A stretch of DNA of 64,000 nt, from NCBI GenBank assembly GCA_000182565.2, contig KQ257469.1, one strand, 5' to 3'. The position numbers were made by a program, and so were the translations under genes. Positions 1 to 11,805 of this stretch are shown piece by piece (the first letter of the stretch is position 1; each line of letters starts with the position of its first letter). This DNA is from Spizellomyces punctatus DAOM BR117. Lineage: Eukaryota. Below the pieces are notes generated by a model. The model saw only the letters and a list, made by a program, of their open reading frames with translations, was not told where the DNA came from and did not search any database.

Positions 1-424
1 CCCAATCCTCACCAAACGTGGCGCCTACAGTTTCGTCGCCGGCGATCTGCTCCACGACCCCGCCACGGGACATTCGCACTACTCCACCCTCCTTTCCCGG
101 TACCAAATCACCCTCCCCTTCGAATTCACCCGCTCCCATCTCCCCGCCGTTCCCAACCCCTCGTACAAACAAGCCGTGGACAACCACATCCAGCTCTACC
201 ACCAAACCCAACAAAGACTCATCGAACAAAATCGACGGAACCAAGAGGCCCAATTGCAAGCCGTGCGGTGGAGAGCTCAGCAACACAGCACCAGCATGGC
301 GTACCTCGTGGCGAGCACGAACGATAAACAGTGGTGGTGTCATCCGTGTAGCAAGGCGAATTACAATGACGAGAGATGCGCTTGTGGGAGAAGGAGGGAT
401 GGGTCGGGGTGGAATATGTATTGA
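1..424 (+). CDS. 3' end of a gene truncated by the window edge; C-terminal RanBP2-like zinc finger
   Basis: The frame of ORF 176..424 is open back to position 2 (PILTKRGAYSFVAGDLLHDP...). It ends ...QWWCHPCSKANYNDERCACGRRRDGSGWNMY*, a W-x-C-x2-C-x3-N-x5-C-x-C pattern resembling a RanBP2 finger. Confidence 0.6.
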   Translation, partial: PILTKRGAYSFVAGDLLHDPATGHSHYSTLLSRYQITLPFEFTRSHLPAVPNPSYKQAVDNHIQLYHQTQQRLIEQNRRNQEAQLQAVRWRAQQHSTSMAYLVASTNDKQWWCHPCSKANYNDERCACGRRRDGSGWNMY

Positions 425-737
425 CGACTTCTGTTCCAAGAACTACCATGCTCCCGCAAAGTACAAGCAAGCAATGGTTGAAAACTAGCGATATTTTGTG
501 CACCTATCGTAATTCCATCATGTGGGATTTGACTAGGGTTAGGCGTAGAAGAGAATGGCACCTATTAACAATATGTAGATAGAATACACTCGAATTCAAA
601 ACACCGGTAAAAAAAAGCCCCGGTTTCCTACCTGGCAAGTCTTCCAAAGCGAAAGGGAAAACATTGGTGACAAGCTTGACCAATTTCCGAACCTTATGGA
701 AGCAGAAAACAACCGATGATTCAGTCGAAAACAAATA

Positions 738-764
738 TAGGTTAGGGTTAGGGTTAGGGTGGGG
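738..764 (+). repeat. Interstitial telomere-like repeat (TTAGGG)3 with degenerate flanks
   Basis: Sequence tagg-ttaggg-ttaggg-ttaggg-tgggg. A shorter TAGGGTTAGG lies at 534-543. Confidence 0.9.
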
Positions 765-1688
765 ATTACAGGAAGTTTTGAACCTGAATAATAAAGACAA
801 ACACTAATCTCTGTCCCACATGGGTCTAGAGGTGGTAGAACACGCACAAGGAACCCACAAACCCTGGCAAAATCACGAGAACGCATTGCAGATACCTGGG
901 ACGGCTGAAACAGTCTGGCCGCGTCAAGCAGCCGTTCTTTTGTGGCTTTTTTGGATATCGACATGTTTCTGGTATTCCAGAGCCAATTTGGCTTTGTTAT
1001 GATTCATCTAACATGCAAGCTAACACATATCTGTAACACGTGCAGGATAAATATGTCGACGGCTATCTCTTCCAGATCCGAGGATTAGCACTTGGGTCAG
1101 CAGCAAATGCCATAATGGCAGCCATCAACGTGTTGAAATTCCTTCTTGCCCAGTCGGACGAGCCATTCAGGAGGTGTCTGAGGGTAATGCGATTGACGAA
1201 TCGACGGAATAAGGAGCAGACTCTTGCTGATAGGGAAAGGCACTCAGCCATCTAGGAGGACGGACCGATTATTTGTGGGTGCAGGTAACTTGGCGATTGA
1301 CCATGGATTTCCATTATTTACGCGATTTCTGCAACTTGTTCTGACAGAAATGAAAATCTTTGCTTCCAGTTCTTGGAAGCAGTGCATTGTCAAAGAATCA
1401 TCGTGGATGGATTGTGGGAAGGGAGAAGGGGGCAGGAAGGCAACGTCTTAGTTGCAAGAGAGGTGCAGAAATACCGCGGTCGCTTTTTATGCTGCAATTC
1501 TGCCTTCACACAGCAAAGAAGTGCGGCTACTTGCAGATCGAATATTGACGGAAAGCAAGTCCCGCACTTCCCTCCAGAATCATATAGCTGTCATTCATGG
1601 CCGGCACGTGATGGTCGTCAGTTCAGTTCAAGAACAGCCACCTGCGTTTTGTCCCTAGCTCTTGGTAACTGATTATCGCTCACAGTGA

Positions 1689-2910
1689 CTACCAGAACAG
1701 ATTTAGCAATGGGGCCCATGATTCAGTTGAACTGCCGGCTCCCACCTGCTTCCTCCATACGTTCTTATATGAAGCCTCCACCTTTGCATACAACGAAGCA
1801 TTGATTTCTGCTGTTCCTTCAACAAAAATCTGGAGTTTTTCCAGTGCGGACTTTGGTGTTTCACAAACGTCTTCTCCAAAAATGAGCGAAGAACTGAACC
1901 CAATGATACTGCCAACTACAGGTACTTTGCAAGCGACTCCGGTATTCGAAACGTCAGTCTTCAGATGTACGGCAACTTTCATGTAGGCATCTACCGTTGA
2001 AAAGATTTAGTAATGTGCGCACTCTGGTGACGTCAGAGAAAACACTTACAACATTGTTTGCATAGCAGTTCGGCTTCTGCTTCAGCCGTTCCGTCCTTGC
2101 TCTGCCGTGCTTTACGATAGATTACGATCGGATCTTGTATGACTTTATTGCTGACTAGGTCATAATTGTAAGGGAGACCAGCGATGGGCCATTCTTTGTT
2201 CACCAGCTCACTAAAGGGAAGTCTCCGTTAAATGAGTCCTTGATTTGGAAATCAGCCATGTGCCAGTTACTCTCTACGTCTTATAGAAGTTGTGACATGC
2301 AGTGGATAGTAGGAGGCTATGTTCGTGCAGACACGAACATATGCAAGTGGTTCTTATATAGGACATTCAAGATCTCTGGTTACCTACCTCGAATATGGGC
2401 ATCTCGAAAACAATCAAAGAAATTCAATCATTCCACCCTCCCGTGAACCCAGCCGTTGCCGTGGTACTCAAACGAGTTGATCGCACGCATATATGCCCCA
2501 CCTACACGCCCGCCGTGTTCCGACACGTCACCACATCCCCAAAACGGACTTGCAGTAATAACAGTGCCGCTATGCTTGTTATGCTCCACCATGATCTCTT
2601 CCGTGAGATAGGCATTGCCGACTTTGAAACAGAGAAGACCTTCTTTGTACTGAACCGTGCTCACATCTTGGCAATCGATGCAGATCAACTGTTCCAGGTC
2701 ATCCAAATTCAAAACATACTTGAGGCGTTCACCGCGAAATCGAATGCGAGTACGACTCCCGTCTGGATTCTCATGTTCCACCAAGTGATCGTACTTCAGG
2801 GTATCATACGTTTCACAGATCGGCTGAGGATTGTCTGTTGCGTATTCCGCGTTCGCTGCGGTAACACCTGCGAGAATGGAGAGCAGCAAAGCTATTAGCC
2901 ATAGCCGCAA
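1689..2910 (-). pseudogene. Decayed multi-exon secreted protein gene (possibly DUF7029/DUF7223-like)
   Basis: Signal-peptide-like LRLWLIALLLSILAGVTAA lacks an in-frame ATG. There is an in-frame stop at 2428 (reading continues LNFFDCFRD). A GT-AG intron joins LLCKQC/YAYMKVAV. The family assignment rests on loose resemblance only. Confidence 0.4.
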
Positions 2911-3522
2911 ATGCGTTGGGCCAATGCACTGGACCGACGAAGCGGTGAACTCGATCGATGAAATCCGGATTCAGCACACCTCGGCTGTTTGAGACAGGCA
3001 ATGCAGTATCCGTAGTGGGATCACATTTCTCATGACGGTCTTTCATAGCCTGCCGAATGTGCATGACATCATGCTCCATGTAATTCACAACACCAATCCG
3101 GCTCAACAATAGAAGAGTGCATGACCCTTCAAAGCACTATGCCATCGAGAAGCGTTCCTTCGTATTGTCTCCATTGAGAGTGGACTTGTCACGAAGGTAT
3201 CCTGCGCGCAATACTAGCGGCAATAGACAGAGAGCATTGTCAAGCTGTAGCGGTACCTGGTAACAGCATGGCAATTCAGATATATGCGCACCATACCCAT
3301 ATTAGGTGCTCACGTAAGCCACTAGCAAGGGCCGACCATCCGAAAGACATTTGACAACTATGGCAAAGCCCCTCAACGTCATCTTTGAACTTGCGCCTTG
3401 CAATCTCAACAATGAAATGCCTCTCTGCATTTGATTCCCAGGATTTCCCAGAAACGCAAATCGCACAATGTAACCCTCATGGTAACTCATTATTGTGGCG
3501 GGCAGTGGCTTAGTCACCAGAC

Positions 3523-3556
3523 CCCTAACCCTAACCGTAACCCTAACCCTAACCCT
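3523..3556 (+). repeat. Interstitial telomere-like repeat (CCCTAA)5, one CCGTAA variant
   Basis: Sequence ccctaa ccctaa ccgtaa ccctaa ccctaa ccct. Confidence 0.95.
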
Positions 3557-4019
3557 GTTAGCACAAATTCAGGGCTTCCAGAGCCATCTTGGTCTTGTCA
3601 ATAAGTCAATAGCTCACTAAATTATTCAAGTTACTGTCCCATGACAATTTTGATGAAATCAATCAAGTAATTCCAACAAAGTGTGTATTCGCAGGCCGGA
3701 CTTAGTGTCCGGAATTAGCTTTAAATAACAAATAACTTGTACTACTGCTAAGCATGATACACCAATCCATGCTTTTACAAATGCCCGAGCTATGCTACAC
3801 TAAGAATGCAAGATACTAGAATGAACACGTGCATTTGTCCTCGACATTTAAGGTTTGCTGGTGATTGTCCGCTCAATGTGTGATTTTGCGCAGTGATTGC
3901 CATGCAACCTGTGAGGGACTCGTTGACTATTCACAATACTAACTAAGCCTTGGTAACCAACTGGGCTGATCCTACTGACAACACCAAATACGGTAAATTG
4001 ACAGCACTGGCCTGCGTGG

Positions 4020-4034
4020 ACCTCCCCAGTTACA
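4020..4034 (+). promoter_or_regulatory. Candidate zinc-responsive element ACCTCCCCAGTTACA (copy 1, ~170 bp upstream of the Pra1-like ATG)
   Basis: 15/15 identical to 11689-11703, and a 12/15 match to the reverse complement of 8227-8241. Confidence 0.65.
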
Positions 4035-4203
4035 AGCACGCAATCTCCATGTTGTTTTCTCCGATCGTTATTTCTTTTTTTTTTTTTTTTTGGGATTGAG
4101 AAAGGATCAGTATACCTCCTTCAGTTGATAGAGGGATAAAAGAGTGGATCTCTTCAGACAATCCCTTCATCAAACAACCTTCAATCCTCATAGTGAGCTC
4201 AAC

Positions 4204-5034
4204 ATGATCGTAAACCAGTCTAGCATTATTCTCGCTCTTGGCTTGACAGCCGCGGTTGCCACCCCTGTTCGCCGTCAACTCCCACCTTCCACCCGGGTTC
4301 AGATGCATTCCTCCTGCAGTGCTTCCCAAAAGCAAACTCTTAACAAGGCTCTCGACGACATGAACAAACTGACTATCCATGCCACCAAACGCATTCTGGA
4401 CAAAACCTACGAGGACCCTGTGTGAGTTTTGTTTTTCGTTGGAATCATATATGCAGTTCTTGAATATCAGACACGTTGTTTTTAGATACCAGACTTACTT
4501 TGGTAATGGAGAATCTGCCACTGTTGTGGGCTATTACGGAATCCTGACTGCCGGGTGAGCACTTGTTCACCACTCTTCTCTCCTAAAGTATCATCTCTCC
4601 CTAACCCTGAATTCTGAATTCGTTGCACAGCAACCAGGAAGGTGTTCTTTTCCGACGTCGACAACAAATGCTCGCAACCCGGTTGGGCCGGTCACTGGCG
4701 CGGGGAAGTCGCTCCTTTGGAAACCGTCATCTGCCCCCTCTCTTTCAACACGACTGCCCGTAAACCTCTCTCCGCCCTCTGCCAGGACGGAGACCGCTTC
4801 TCGCAACACAAGACCAACTACTTCCTCTCCTCCGATTTGATGCATAGGCTTTTCCATGTACCCCTCATCAACCCCGAGGAACGCGTCGACCACTATGCCT
4901 CCAATTACACTGAGGTCACCGCTCTCGCTGCCGCCGACGGTGATAAGGCCGAACACAATCAGGATTCGTACATGTACTTTGCCTTGGATGCGTACGCCCG
5001 CGATGACGTCAATCCTCCTAATGGATGCGTTTGA
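4204..5034 (+). CDS. PRA1: Pra1/Asp f2/Zps1-family secreted zinc-scavenging protein (HRxxH motif); 3 exons; apparent frameshift at ~4655
   Basis: Signal peptide plus family motifs HSSC, YQTYFGNG, GWAGHWRGE, ETVICPLSF, DLMHRLFH, VDHYA, HNQDSYMYFALDAYA and NGC. Exons are 4204-4421, 4486-4554 and 4631(or 4638)-5034. Confidence 0.9.
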
Positions 5035-7086
5035 TATCGGATAGGGATTGTTGTAGTAGAGGCTTTGGATTCATGAGTTGTAGAAAACGGAGTCGGATAT
5101 AGGGCAGAATATATTTTTTTGTACCGCTTTATAAACTTGTTATATGATGTGCAATAAGTGACTACGTCGAGATTCACAATTGCTTTTGATGCTGATATGG
5201 TGTCATCGAAACAATTCATTTAACCATTCCATTTTGGGTTGAATATATATTTTGTACCAATTGCTGGATTCTCACTGAGTTCTTTTCATTTCACCGTGTT
5301 GTGTGCATTTCAGCTCACAACTTGGGCAATATGACCTCTGCAGATACGTGCCTATGATACAGACATGAGTTACACCTCAATGGGGAGATTGATGCATAGG
5401 AAACTGAGACAGGTTTTTCTCGGACGACTTAGGCATTTACTCCGCTGTCCGTCCAAAGATTCTCATTGATTTTCTTTGGGGTCGGACTGCTTCCAGAACC
5501 TTGGCCGACATCTGATCATTGAGCCGTCTGGAAGAAGGTCATCTGGAATGGTACTTGGAAAGACGACCTGTTCATTCAAGATCGCGGTTCCATTTCGTTC
5601 GCCGCTGTGGTTGCGCTCCCGCTCAGATAAGTACTCTTGACTTGCTGTGACTTCCTTTGAAGAATGCAATTGACTCTCGTTAATAGGAGGTTTTGTTGGA
5701 ACTGTATGAAAAGATTGGTTCCACGAGTACCCTATTGTACACGAGAAAGTTGCATATGCTCTCACACATCAGCTGGTCGAAGCACGAAGTCCCACTAGTA
5801 ATCTAACAGGAAAAGGCGAACGACGGCGAACGACCGCAAGCGACGACGGTGAAACGACCTGCAATATTAGAGAAAAAACCACGGGGTAGATGCCGCCGGC
5901 CAAGGTGTCGTCGCTACTGTGCACATAGGACACCTTTACGACCGCAACACGACTACATGGCGGCAGTGAAAGAGCGAAATTGGATTACGAGGTAACCAAA
6001 TATATGTGCCCTTCTGTGTTATGGGTGTAAGATACGGAGGTACGCGTCCATTGTCTTCCAACAGACGTAACTGAAGCAGCAGAAAGCAGGCCCATGAAAG
6101 TTCTTCCACTTCACAATGCATATGATCGATTTTACTGACCGCCAATCGCGGGGAATTGTTATAGAAATGGTATGTCACTACACACAAAAAGTGAGCACTT
6201 TACGACGCTTCCTCCTCATGCAACACACCATAACAATTCCCAGCCAGCACCGCCAAAATATCTACTGCTTTCACCCCGCCGTCATCTCCTTTCTCTTTCC
6301 CGTCCTCAAACCTATTATCTCCCAACGGTCCAATAATCCTCACACGCTCAACCCCACGTCCTGCGAGGTTGAGCGCGTTGGGTTGAGTTCAGTTATGCAA
6401 TCCCCCCAAAATGTGGAGTGGTACCGATGGATACCAACAAAGATCTGAGTGGGAGTGCAGACAGTAACATGAGACTGTTTTCTGGTGAGACTATATCAAG
6501 AACATCGGAGGCCTTACCTCTAGCCGGCCGGGGAAATCTTTGGCCAAAGTTGTTGGAATGCTTGCGCAGATTTTAGAGAGGAGGGGGGTCTTGCATGGCG
6601 TTGATGTTACTGTGGTGGAAATGGATAATAATAGTGAGTTCATTATGAGGGTCATCCATGCAGGGAGAAGTGCCGTATTTCCTTCCAATGGCCTTTCCGA
6701 TAGAATAGAGTCTGCCGTCGCTGAGATCAACTTCCCAGTACCCGATTTTGCTGCTTGAGGATCGTTACGTACGTCGGATAAATCTTGTGCTTTCCAGCCG
6801 GCGTTGAGGATTTTCATGCACTGTCTTAAGTCCAGCCTGTTTGTGGATCTCATTGCTTTTACATATTCCCACATCCCAGGAATTATGCGCCGTAATGTTG
6901 CCGTAACCGGTCCACCCATTTCAGGGAAACATCAAAGTGCTTTACTCGTTATGTAAGATCTGCTAACAAGCAATACATGAGAACAAAAGGTCAACGATAT
7001 GTCGTCTTTGGGCTGCAAGCGAGTTGCATGAAGCTTACCCGATCAAACATTTCAAGACCATGTTTTACGAGATGTTCCGCTGTTAG

Positions 7087-7110
7087 CCCTCACCCTAACC
7101 CTAACCCTAC
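7087..7110 (+). repeat. Interstitial telomere-like repeat (4 units, 2 variant)
   Basis: Sequence ccctca ccctaa ccctaa ccctac. Confidence 0.85.
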
Positions 7111-8226
7111 GATCATCAAGACACGTTCTCCTGTCCTACAGCCCGCTGGGTCTGGAGAAGGCTTCATAAACGGCTCTCCCTCCGCTCCATAACCATTTTC
7201 ACAACACAGTACTGGACCAGCTCGGACGAATGATTCAACTGCTCGCCAGGGCCATGTGTAAAAAACATTCTTTACCAGTTTCAACCCATTCAAGGAAAAG
7301 CAATCAATTTCCGTATTGTCTGGTAACTGCCGTTTTGGACCAAGTCGACTTCGAGGCCTTTGCACACCTTGCCAGTGGTGGAGGCGGTGTACTGGGGCCT
7401 GATAAATTGAACAGTCCCGGATTGTAGAATGTCATTCAAGTGCTGTTTCTTGATGAGGTGGTGACAAAAGTCGATGAACAGGAATGAGGTTGGCACATGG
7501 AGTCGCTTTGCTGATGAACTCATTTATTTCCCTGATCTCATCCATCCGCCCGTTGACTCCTGGCAAAATCGCCAAAGGAGCTACTCCCCTATCTTGCTGG
7601 ATGAGAACATCAGAACGTGAGCAGAATATCTCTACAGCCGCATTTTAACCATCTTAAATGTGACGTACGTATCATGTTGCGATACGGATGCAATCAGATG
7701 AACAACTATGTAGGTTACGATATTGGCAGCAACCCTTGAAGAGATTCTCTCATCTTGAGTTCTCTAACTAGTCTAAACTAGAAGAAAAACCTCTATTTAT
7801 ACAAACTAGTGCAAAGCACACGTATGGTGATCTGAGGGTGGATCGCATTACCACACATCAGCATTGATATCCACCAAGCTTGTCAGCCACTCGATCCCGT
7901 ACCCGGAAGAGTCTCGTTCGACGACCCAACCACTGCCGTCTTTTATCAACTACCAAATAGCGTCTCTTACGGCCACTGTGAGTAGCGGCAGCCCTCGCAT
8001 ACCGTTTAAGTTGTAGGAGGCGTTTCTACTCTTCGTCACTACAGAGGGAGACAGGATACTTGTTCACCTCAACATAAGAGTCAAGGCAAGGAGGTCATAT
8101 GGGTTTCGGGAGTCACACCAAGAAAAGCGGGTTATGGGGAGTTTGCTTGTTTGGCATTTTGCTTTGGGAAAAAGGGGGAAACGACGGGAAGGTGTGGAGG
8201 GAGATTCAGAGTGCAGTCAGTGAAGG

Positions 8227-8241
8227 TGTAACGGGGAGGGT
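8227..8241 (-). promoter_or_regulatory. Candidate zinc-responsive element variant ACCCTCCCCGTTACA (~190 bp upstream of the COG0523 fusion ATG)
   Basis: The reverse complement matches ACCTCCCCAGTTACA at 12/15. A second weaker copy, CCCTCCATAGTTATA (11/15), lies at 8320-8334. Confidence 0.5.
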
Positions 8242-8433
8242 ACTCACGGTGGCACGGGTCTATCCGTCACGTGCATTGTCGCAATTTAGCACCACACTGT
8301 ACGGGTACAACAAACGAGTCCCTCCATAGTTATATGCGGTGTGCACACTTCAAACTTCTCGTTGCTCCGCTCGTTGTCCACTCCTCCATCTACCAACTTT
8401 ACTGTTCCTTGAATCCTACTACCTGCTCAAAGA

Positions 8434-11327
8434 ATGGTTACCATCGACCGCATCACTCTCGGATGCAATATCGCCACACTCACAGCAAAAGTCACCGCTG
8501 TGAATAAACGCATCGTCAGCGACGACTCACGAAAATCTAACAAGACGGAACCCACAAAAAAGCGAACGCTAATGGAAGTAGAAGTGACCGATCCAACGGG
8601 AAGGATTGTCTTAATATGTTCAGAGAGTGAGTGGCTTTGAATCACGCGCTGCGCTAGTATCTCACCTCATTGTCACTCACGAGGGTTTCTCAGGCTATAC
8701 CTCTGTTGTAAAGTACGGACGTATGATTCATATAACTGGAAGAACTACATGTTACCGTGGGCGCTTGCAAATTCAAGGTCATATTTCACAGACCATCTTC
8801 CATACCTCGGCCGCATGAGGACTAATCTCGCTGTGATGTTGGTTTGCCTTTATAGTGGGTGACAAATGGGGATCGATCCACAAAGCCGCTGGTGGGGAAA
8901 GCTTTGGCTGCTTGGAGTTTTCTGCTGTCAACAACCTCTCTGAATGCGTAAGTTTTGTAATACCGTTCTTTACCTACTCTTTGAGACTATTTTCTGATCT
9001 TGTGTCCGGGTTTAAAGGTTCGTGAATATGGGGTGCTTCTCCTGAACCAAAAGAACACGGGCACGATTGAGTTCCTTCTTGTCCAAAACCATAAAACGCA
9101 CGGCGAGCCTCTCTGGACCGTTCCGACGGAGATCCCCTTCCTTAGAGACACCGAGAAGGACGCAGGTGAGCATATACCAAATTTTTTTTTTACTTTGGGC
9201 GTGGCTTTTACGAAAACAAACATTTGACAATCACAACAGCGACCCGCGCTCTAATCAACGCGACCGCCGTCACCGAATACGCGTTCGCGCTTCTCCATCA
9301 AACTCCTCCCAGCCTCGTTTCTTCCTCTTCGGACAACACGAAGCGATACATTTACATGGGCCTTGTTAACCCACTCATAGCAGATTCCGGGGAACTCGGA
9401 GAAAACGTAGCGTGGTTCACAATGGACATGATAAAAAACGAACAAGTGAAGGTTGAGGAGTGGGTTATCAGTCTTTTGACCGAAGCTTTTGCAGCTAAGC
9501 AAGGCGGCGAGAAGGAAAACATTTCCGCTGTGGTACCCATCCCGCCGAAATCAGTTCCCATCTTAGCAGCACCTCCCAAGAAAAGACTACCCGTGACGGT
9601 CTTATCAGGATTCCTTGGAGGTATGGTAACCATCGCCCGGAGATAATACAGCAATCGGAATACCTTATTCGATTTCAACCAAATTAGCCGGAAAGACCAC
9701 ACTACTGAACTCAATCCTAAACAAAACCCACAATCTCCGTGTTTGTGTCATTGTCAACGACATGGGTGAGATCAATATTGACTCAAAACTCATCGAGAGA
9801 GGTAAATCCTGATGCACGCGTTTCGGTAACGAATACATCCACCGGACCATTCATACTTCTTCGGTATAACACAGAAGGTTTCACCAATACTGATGAAAAG
9901 TTGGTTGAGTTAACAAACGGATGCATATGGTAAGCGAGTAGAATGATACGAAATGAAGATCCGTGTGATACCCACTCCTTACCGTGTACCATTAGCTGTA
10001 CTCTACGAGAAGACTTGCTCGAACAAGTATCCCATCTGGCCTCGCTGAATAAGTTCGACTACCTCCTCATTGAATCTTCCGGTAGGTACCCCTCCGCATA
10101 TCATTGCGTAGTGGCAGAGACTTACAGAACATTGTTATTCATTGATCTGATCTTTTCCTTATATAGGTATCAGCGAACCCCTCCCCGTTGCGGAGACATT
10201 TGAATTTGAAACAGACATTCCCGGTTACAAATCCTTGATGGATGTGGCCAGGCTGGACACGATGGTTACTTTGGTCGACTCGGTATGGCCTGATGCGCTT
10301 ATTGAATTGGCGCTGCTGTTGACATTCTCCTCAAACCAAGGTAAACTTTCTGAATGACTTTTGGACATCGGATACGTTGCGAAAACGCCGCTTGAACAGC
10401 ACATCCACTGATACACGAACGATTGTGGAGTTGCTCCGAGACCAGGTCGAGTTTGCAAATGGTAAGGAATAGGGGGCAGCGGAAAATGGCGCGAGCGTTT
10501 TGCAAACCTGAAGAGTCACACCACACTTTTCTTACAACATCATCATAGTTCTTATTCTTACCAAAACAGATCTTGTTTCCGATGAGTATTTGAATAAACT
10601 CAAAGCTATCGTAAACAGTTTAAACCCTGCAGCGAAGATTCTGTTCTCGTCTCACGGAAACGTAGACCCGCAAGAGATCTTGAATACTGGACTCTTTTCC
10701 CTCGAGAAAGTCAGGAACAACAAAAATTGGCTGCTCGAACCGCGGTGAGTAACTTCACCTCATAGCGACGATAACTGAAAGTGAGCGTAACCGCATGCAA
10801 TCAATTCACAGGGGATCGCACATCCCCGAAACAATCGAATACAACATTACTCATACAGTCTTCACATCCCAAACTCCCTTACACCCCACTCGTTTATGGA
10901 ACCTCGTGCATCGTTCCGACACCATGTCATCAGTCATTCGATCGAAAGGATTCGTTCATTTGGCTACTCAACCCAGGTATCCCGTTACGTGGTCTCACAC
11001 CGGAAATATAACGACCTTTCGTCTCGGTGGTGTGCCATGGGAAACGGAAGAGGATCGATCCCAGTGCTTGGTTTTTATTGGGATTGGGCTGGAGGTGGAA
11101 AAGGTAACGTGCAGCGGATAGACTTCCTTTAACCCATGCTGCTGTTGGTGTGATTGGGCGATATACACTGACGATTGTGATTTTCTTCATTTCTGATCAT
11201 TTTGTGCCTGCTGCAGATTCACAAAGAGCTCGGCAAGTGTTTGTTACGCCGTAAGGAGTTGGCGATGGGCGAAAGATTTTGGTTGAGGGAATTTTATGAT
11301 CCATTTAGGGAGGTTTTACACAAGTGA
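8434..11327 (+). CDS. COG0523 (CobW/YciC/Zng1-family) G3E zinc-chaperone GTPase with N-terminal OB-fold and Nudix-like domains; multi-exon
   Basis: Motifs LPVTVLSGFLGAGKTTLLN (Walker A), VIVND, ELTNGCICCTLREDL (CxCC), DYLLIESSGISEPLPVAETF, DQVEFAN, LTKTDL, and a CobW_C region (RSKGF, ending YDPF). The introns joining exon 1 (ATG 8434) through to the P-loop exon are phase-compatible. Confidence 0.9.
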
Positions 11328-11688
11328 TGGTAACAGTAACCCGAGCGCTTTCTTGTTTGTTTGTATGTTAGCCCTTTATAGTACATCTCAGCTATCCACC
11401 ACCATTGTAGGAAGGATGATAAAATCGCATTTGATAAACGCTATGTATTTGGAGGTTCTCTAGGATATACGGCTACTCGCACAGTAACTTTGACAATAGA
11501 TTATTGAATATGGAGTTGATTTCATTTTGCCATGTCAGGATTAGTGTTGGACATTGTCCGACATGTCTCATTGGGTTTTCAGAAGGTCTCTTGACAAGTT
11601 ACCGTGCGGGGTGTAAAATTCCGAGCTCTATGTTCGCTAAGCCGCGTCATTTCAAACGATTGCGCCATAGCTAAGCCACAAGTCAAGT

Positions 11689-11703
11689 ACCTCCCCAGTT
11701 ACA
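11689..11703 (+). promoter_or_regulatory. Candidate zinc-responsive element ACCTCCCCAGTTACA (copy 2, ~100 bp upstream of the oxidoreductase ATG)
   Basis: Identical to 4020-4034. Confidence 0.65.
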
Positions 11704-11805
11704 GACCCCGAGGGCTACTCAACTTCGTTTCCATCCAGTTATTTCCTTTGCTGATCTGTCCCGTATCAACCACACACAAAGGCATATATCAAATCTCTTT
11801 CCACC

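Noticed and set aside
18-488. 156-aa Pro/Ser/Thr-rich ORF
   Set aside because: Shadow frame of the real zinc-finger-ending CDS in the overlapping frame.
500-1400. Minus-strand fragments including CACSTTSRPMWDRD, reminiscent of a Fanzor1 WNRD motif
   Set aside because: No other RuvC motifs in register and many stops; cannot be distinguished from chance.
2395-2898. 167-aa plus-strand ORF
   Set aside because: Antisense to the decayed secreted-protein gene; no recognisable motifs.
4075-4091. Poly-T tract upstream of the Pra1-like gene
   Set aside because: Ordinary homopolymer; no retroelement body or target-site duplication seen.
5100-8300. Expected ZIP/Zrt1 transporter next to the Pra1-like gene; ORFs 6491-6919 and 7090-7523
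   Set aside because: No multi-TM or ZIP signature found; the ORFs look like unassignable decayed fragments.
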